Source of the DNA: Spirochaetales bacterium
GTDB taxonomy: Bacteria; Spirochaetota; Spirochaetia; JABEVK01
Assembly (NCBI GenBank): GCA_037142615.1
Contig: JBAXAI010000045.1
Span: 1-27,395, forward strand
Direction of reading: 5' to 3'
DNA: 27,395 nucleotides
The translations under genes were made by a program, and so were the position numbers. Shown in pieces: positions 26,090-27,395 of this stretch. How positions within the stretch are numbered: position 1 is the stretch's first letter; every line of letters starts with the position of its first letter. The notes beneath the pieces are model-generated. The model saw nothing but the letters and a program-made list of their open reading frames with translations. It was not told the DNA's origin and searched no databases.

Positions 26090-27346
26090 ATGTCTTCCCC
26101 TCCCCAGAGTCGCCGATGGCTCAACCTGTTTGTGCTTGCAATCGGCAACATGGTGGATACCGCCGAGACCGGCCTCGTGAACGCGTTGTTCCCGGCCCTT
26201 CGGCACGCCCTTCACATGAACCTGGAGGCGTTAGGCCTACTGACCGCGATTGGCAAGCTTTCGCGCATGATCTTTGGCCCGCTGTGGTCGATGGCCGCCG
26301 ACCGCTGGAACCGGAAGTTCCTGATGTTCCTGGTGACGGGGGTTTGGGGTTTCTGGACCGTGGCCGCCGGCTTCGCTCAGAACGAGACCCAACTGCTGGT
26401 GCTGTACGCCCTGGGCTCGATCGGGACCGTGGCAACGGAACCCCTTACCGCCTCGATCACGTCGGACCTGTTTCCAGCCCAGGAACGCGGAAAGGCCTTC
26501 GGTGCCCTGCGTGCCATCGGCGGTCTCGGGTTCGTCATTCTGGCTCCCATCATCGGCCTTTTGTCTCGCTCCCCCGAAGGCTGGCGCTGGGCCATGTTTC
26601 TTCTCGGGGGCCTGAGCATCGTCAGCGGCCTTCTGATTCTCGCGTTCTTCCGTGATCCGGGTCGGGGTGCTTCCGAAGAGAACGATGTCGGGAACGACCG
26701 CCTGCACTGGGACGACCTGAAGCACTTGGCGAAGAACCGGACCATCTGGTTCATCGCTGTGAGCCTGTTGTTCACCACCAGCCCCGTCATGATCTCGTTT
26801 GCCGTCACCTTCATGGTCGATGTGCGGGGTTTTTCCAACGCCGAGGCCACGTTTGTGCTTGCAGTCTTTATTGCCGGTTTCATCGGCAGTTCGCTGCTCG
26901 GCGGCTGGCTGGGCGATCGGGCCCACGCCCGCTGGGGAGCCTACGGGCGAGTGCGGCTGATGCAAGCCTACTTGGTGCTGTTCGCGGTGATGAGCTTTTT
27001 GTGCTTGCAGATTGAGTGGCCTCATTGGGCCTATTACCCGCTGTTCCTCGTGTTCGGCCTGATTTCGTCGATCGGAATGCCCGGCTCCGTGATGCCTTTG
27101 GTGAGCGCCAGCGTCGCCCCCGAAGTGAGGTCCACGGCCTTCGGCTTTCTGTTCAGCTTTGTGCACGGAGGCATCACAGCGGCGCTCTCCGTGGCGGTCG
27201 GCTGGTTGGGGCAGGCTTATGGACTCCCCAGCGCTGTGCTGTGGCTGACCACCGTCGCCTACACGATCAACGCCCTGCTTTGGGTGGTGGGTCGCAAGTG
27301 GGCGTTCCTGCCAGTCGAAGCCTCGGAGCCCCCGAGTGGACTATGA
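26090..27346 (+). CDS. Major facilitator superfamily transporter
   Basis: 418 aa, about 12 TM helices, motif A variants MAADRWNRK and GWLGDR, DLFPAQERGKAFG, PEVRSTAFG. Confidence 0.92.
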   Translation: MSSPPQSRRWLNLFVLAIGNMVDTAETGLVNALFPALRHALHMNLEALGLLTAIGKLSRMIFGPLWSMAADRWNRKFLMFLVTGVWGFWTVAAGFAQNETQLLVLYALGSIGTVATEPLTASITSDLFPAQERGKAFGALRAIGGLGFVILAPIIGLLSRSPEGWRWAMFLLGGLSIVSGLLILAFFRDPGRGASEENDVGNDRLHWDDLKHLAKNRTIWFIAVSLLFTTSPVMISFAVTFMVDVRGFSNAEATFVLAVFIAGFIGSSLLGGWLGDRAHARWGAYGRVRLMQAYLVLFAVMSFLCLQIEWPHWAYYPLFLVFGLISSIGMPGSVMPLVSASVAPEVRSTAFGFLFSFVHGGITAALSVAVGWLGQAYGLPSAVLWLTTVAYTINALLWVVGRKWAFLPVEASEPPSGL

Positions 27347-27395
27347 TGGACCCCGTTGTCAACACAAACTTTTGCCCTTCCTAAGCTTTTCTTAG
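27344..27395 (-). mobile_element. Probable terminal inverted repeat of an IS3-family element, cut by the window edge
   Basis: Minus strand reads ...GTGTTGACAACGGGGTCCATCA-3', with a CA end, GGGG motif and outward TTGACA, as in IS3-family right ends. GC drops abruptly. No transposase is visible. Confidence 0.4.

Noticed and set aside
1-27395. CRISPR array, rRNA, riboswitch, prophage or anti-phage defence genes
   Set aside because: No regularly spaced direct repeats, no long non-coding tracts and no recognisable cas, phage or defence motifs. The leader before the S-component gene seems too short for a vitamin riboswitch. An Rfam scan would be decisive.

Overview
GC-rich, densely coding bacterial chromosomal window with about 22 intact genes and many 1-4 bp start/stop overlaps. 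An orphan cheX and abundant Cache/HK/HD-GYP signalling genes suggest a free-living spirochaete-like organism (inference only). Left to right: a possible tRNA-Cys 3' end and a gene remnant; a minus-strand two-gene operon of unknown function (small membrane protein plus secreted protein), divergent from a translationally coupled ECF S-component-like gene, HisKA_3 kinase and NarL-type regulator; a DUF433 antitoxin remnant; a DUF1624 membrane protein; an SDR; an HD-like hypothetical; a TlpA lipoprotein-cydD-cydC-amidase run; cheX; acs; an atypical histidine kinase; a Cache-HAMP-GAF-HD-GYP protein coupled to a ROK fructokinase; a stand-alone receiver with a Cache kinase; a gluQ-like-sufE-tcdA operon; an MFS transporter; and a probable IS3-family end. 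Best candidates for undescribed biology: (1) an ECF S-component apparently used as a co-sensor of a two-component system, with a candidate operator in front of the unknown divergent operon; (2) a motif-divergent GluQ-RS-like enzyme co-transcribed with sufE and tcdA without a cysteine desulfurase; (3) TlpA coupled to cydDC without cydAB; (4) recurrent leaderless promoters. All family calls come from motif recognition by eye; no searches were run.
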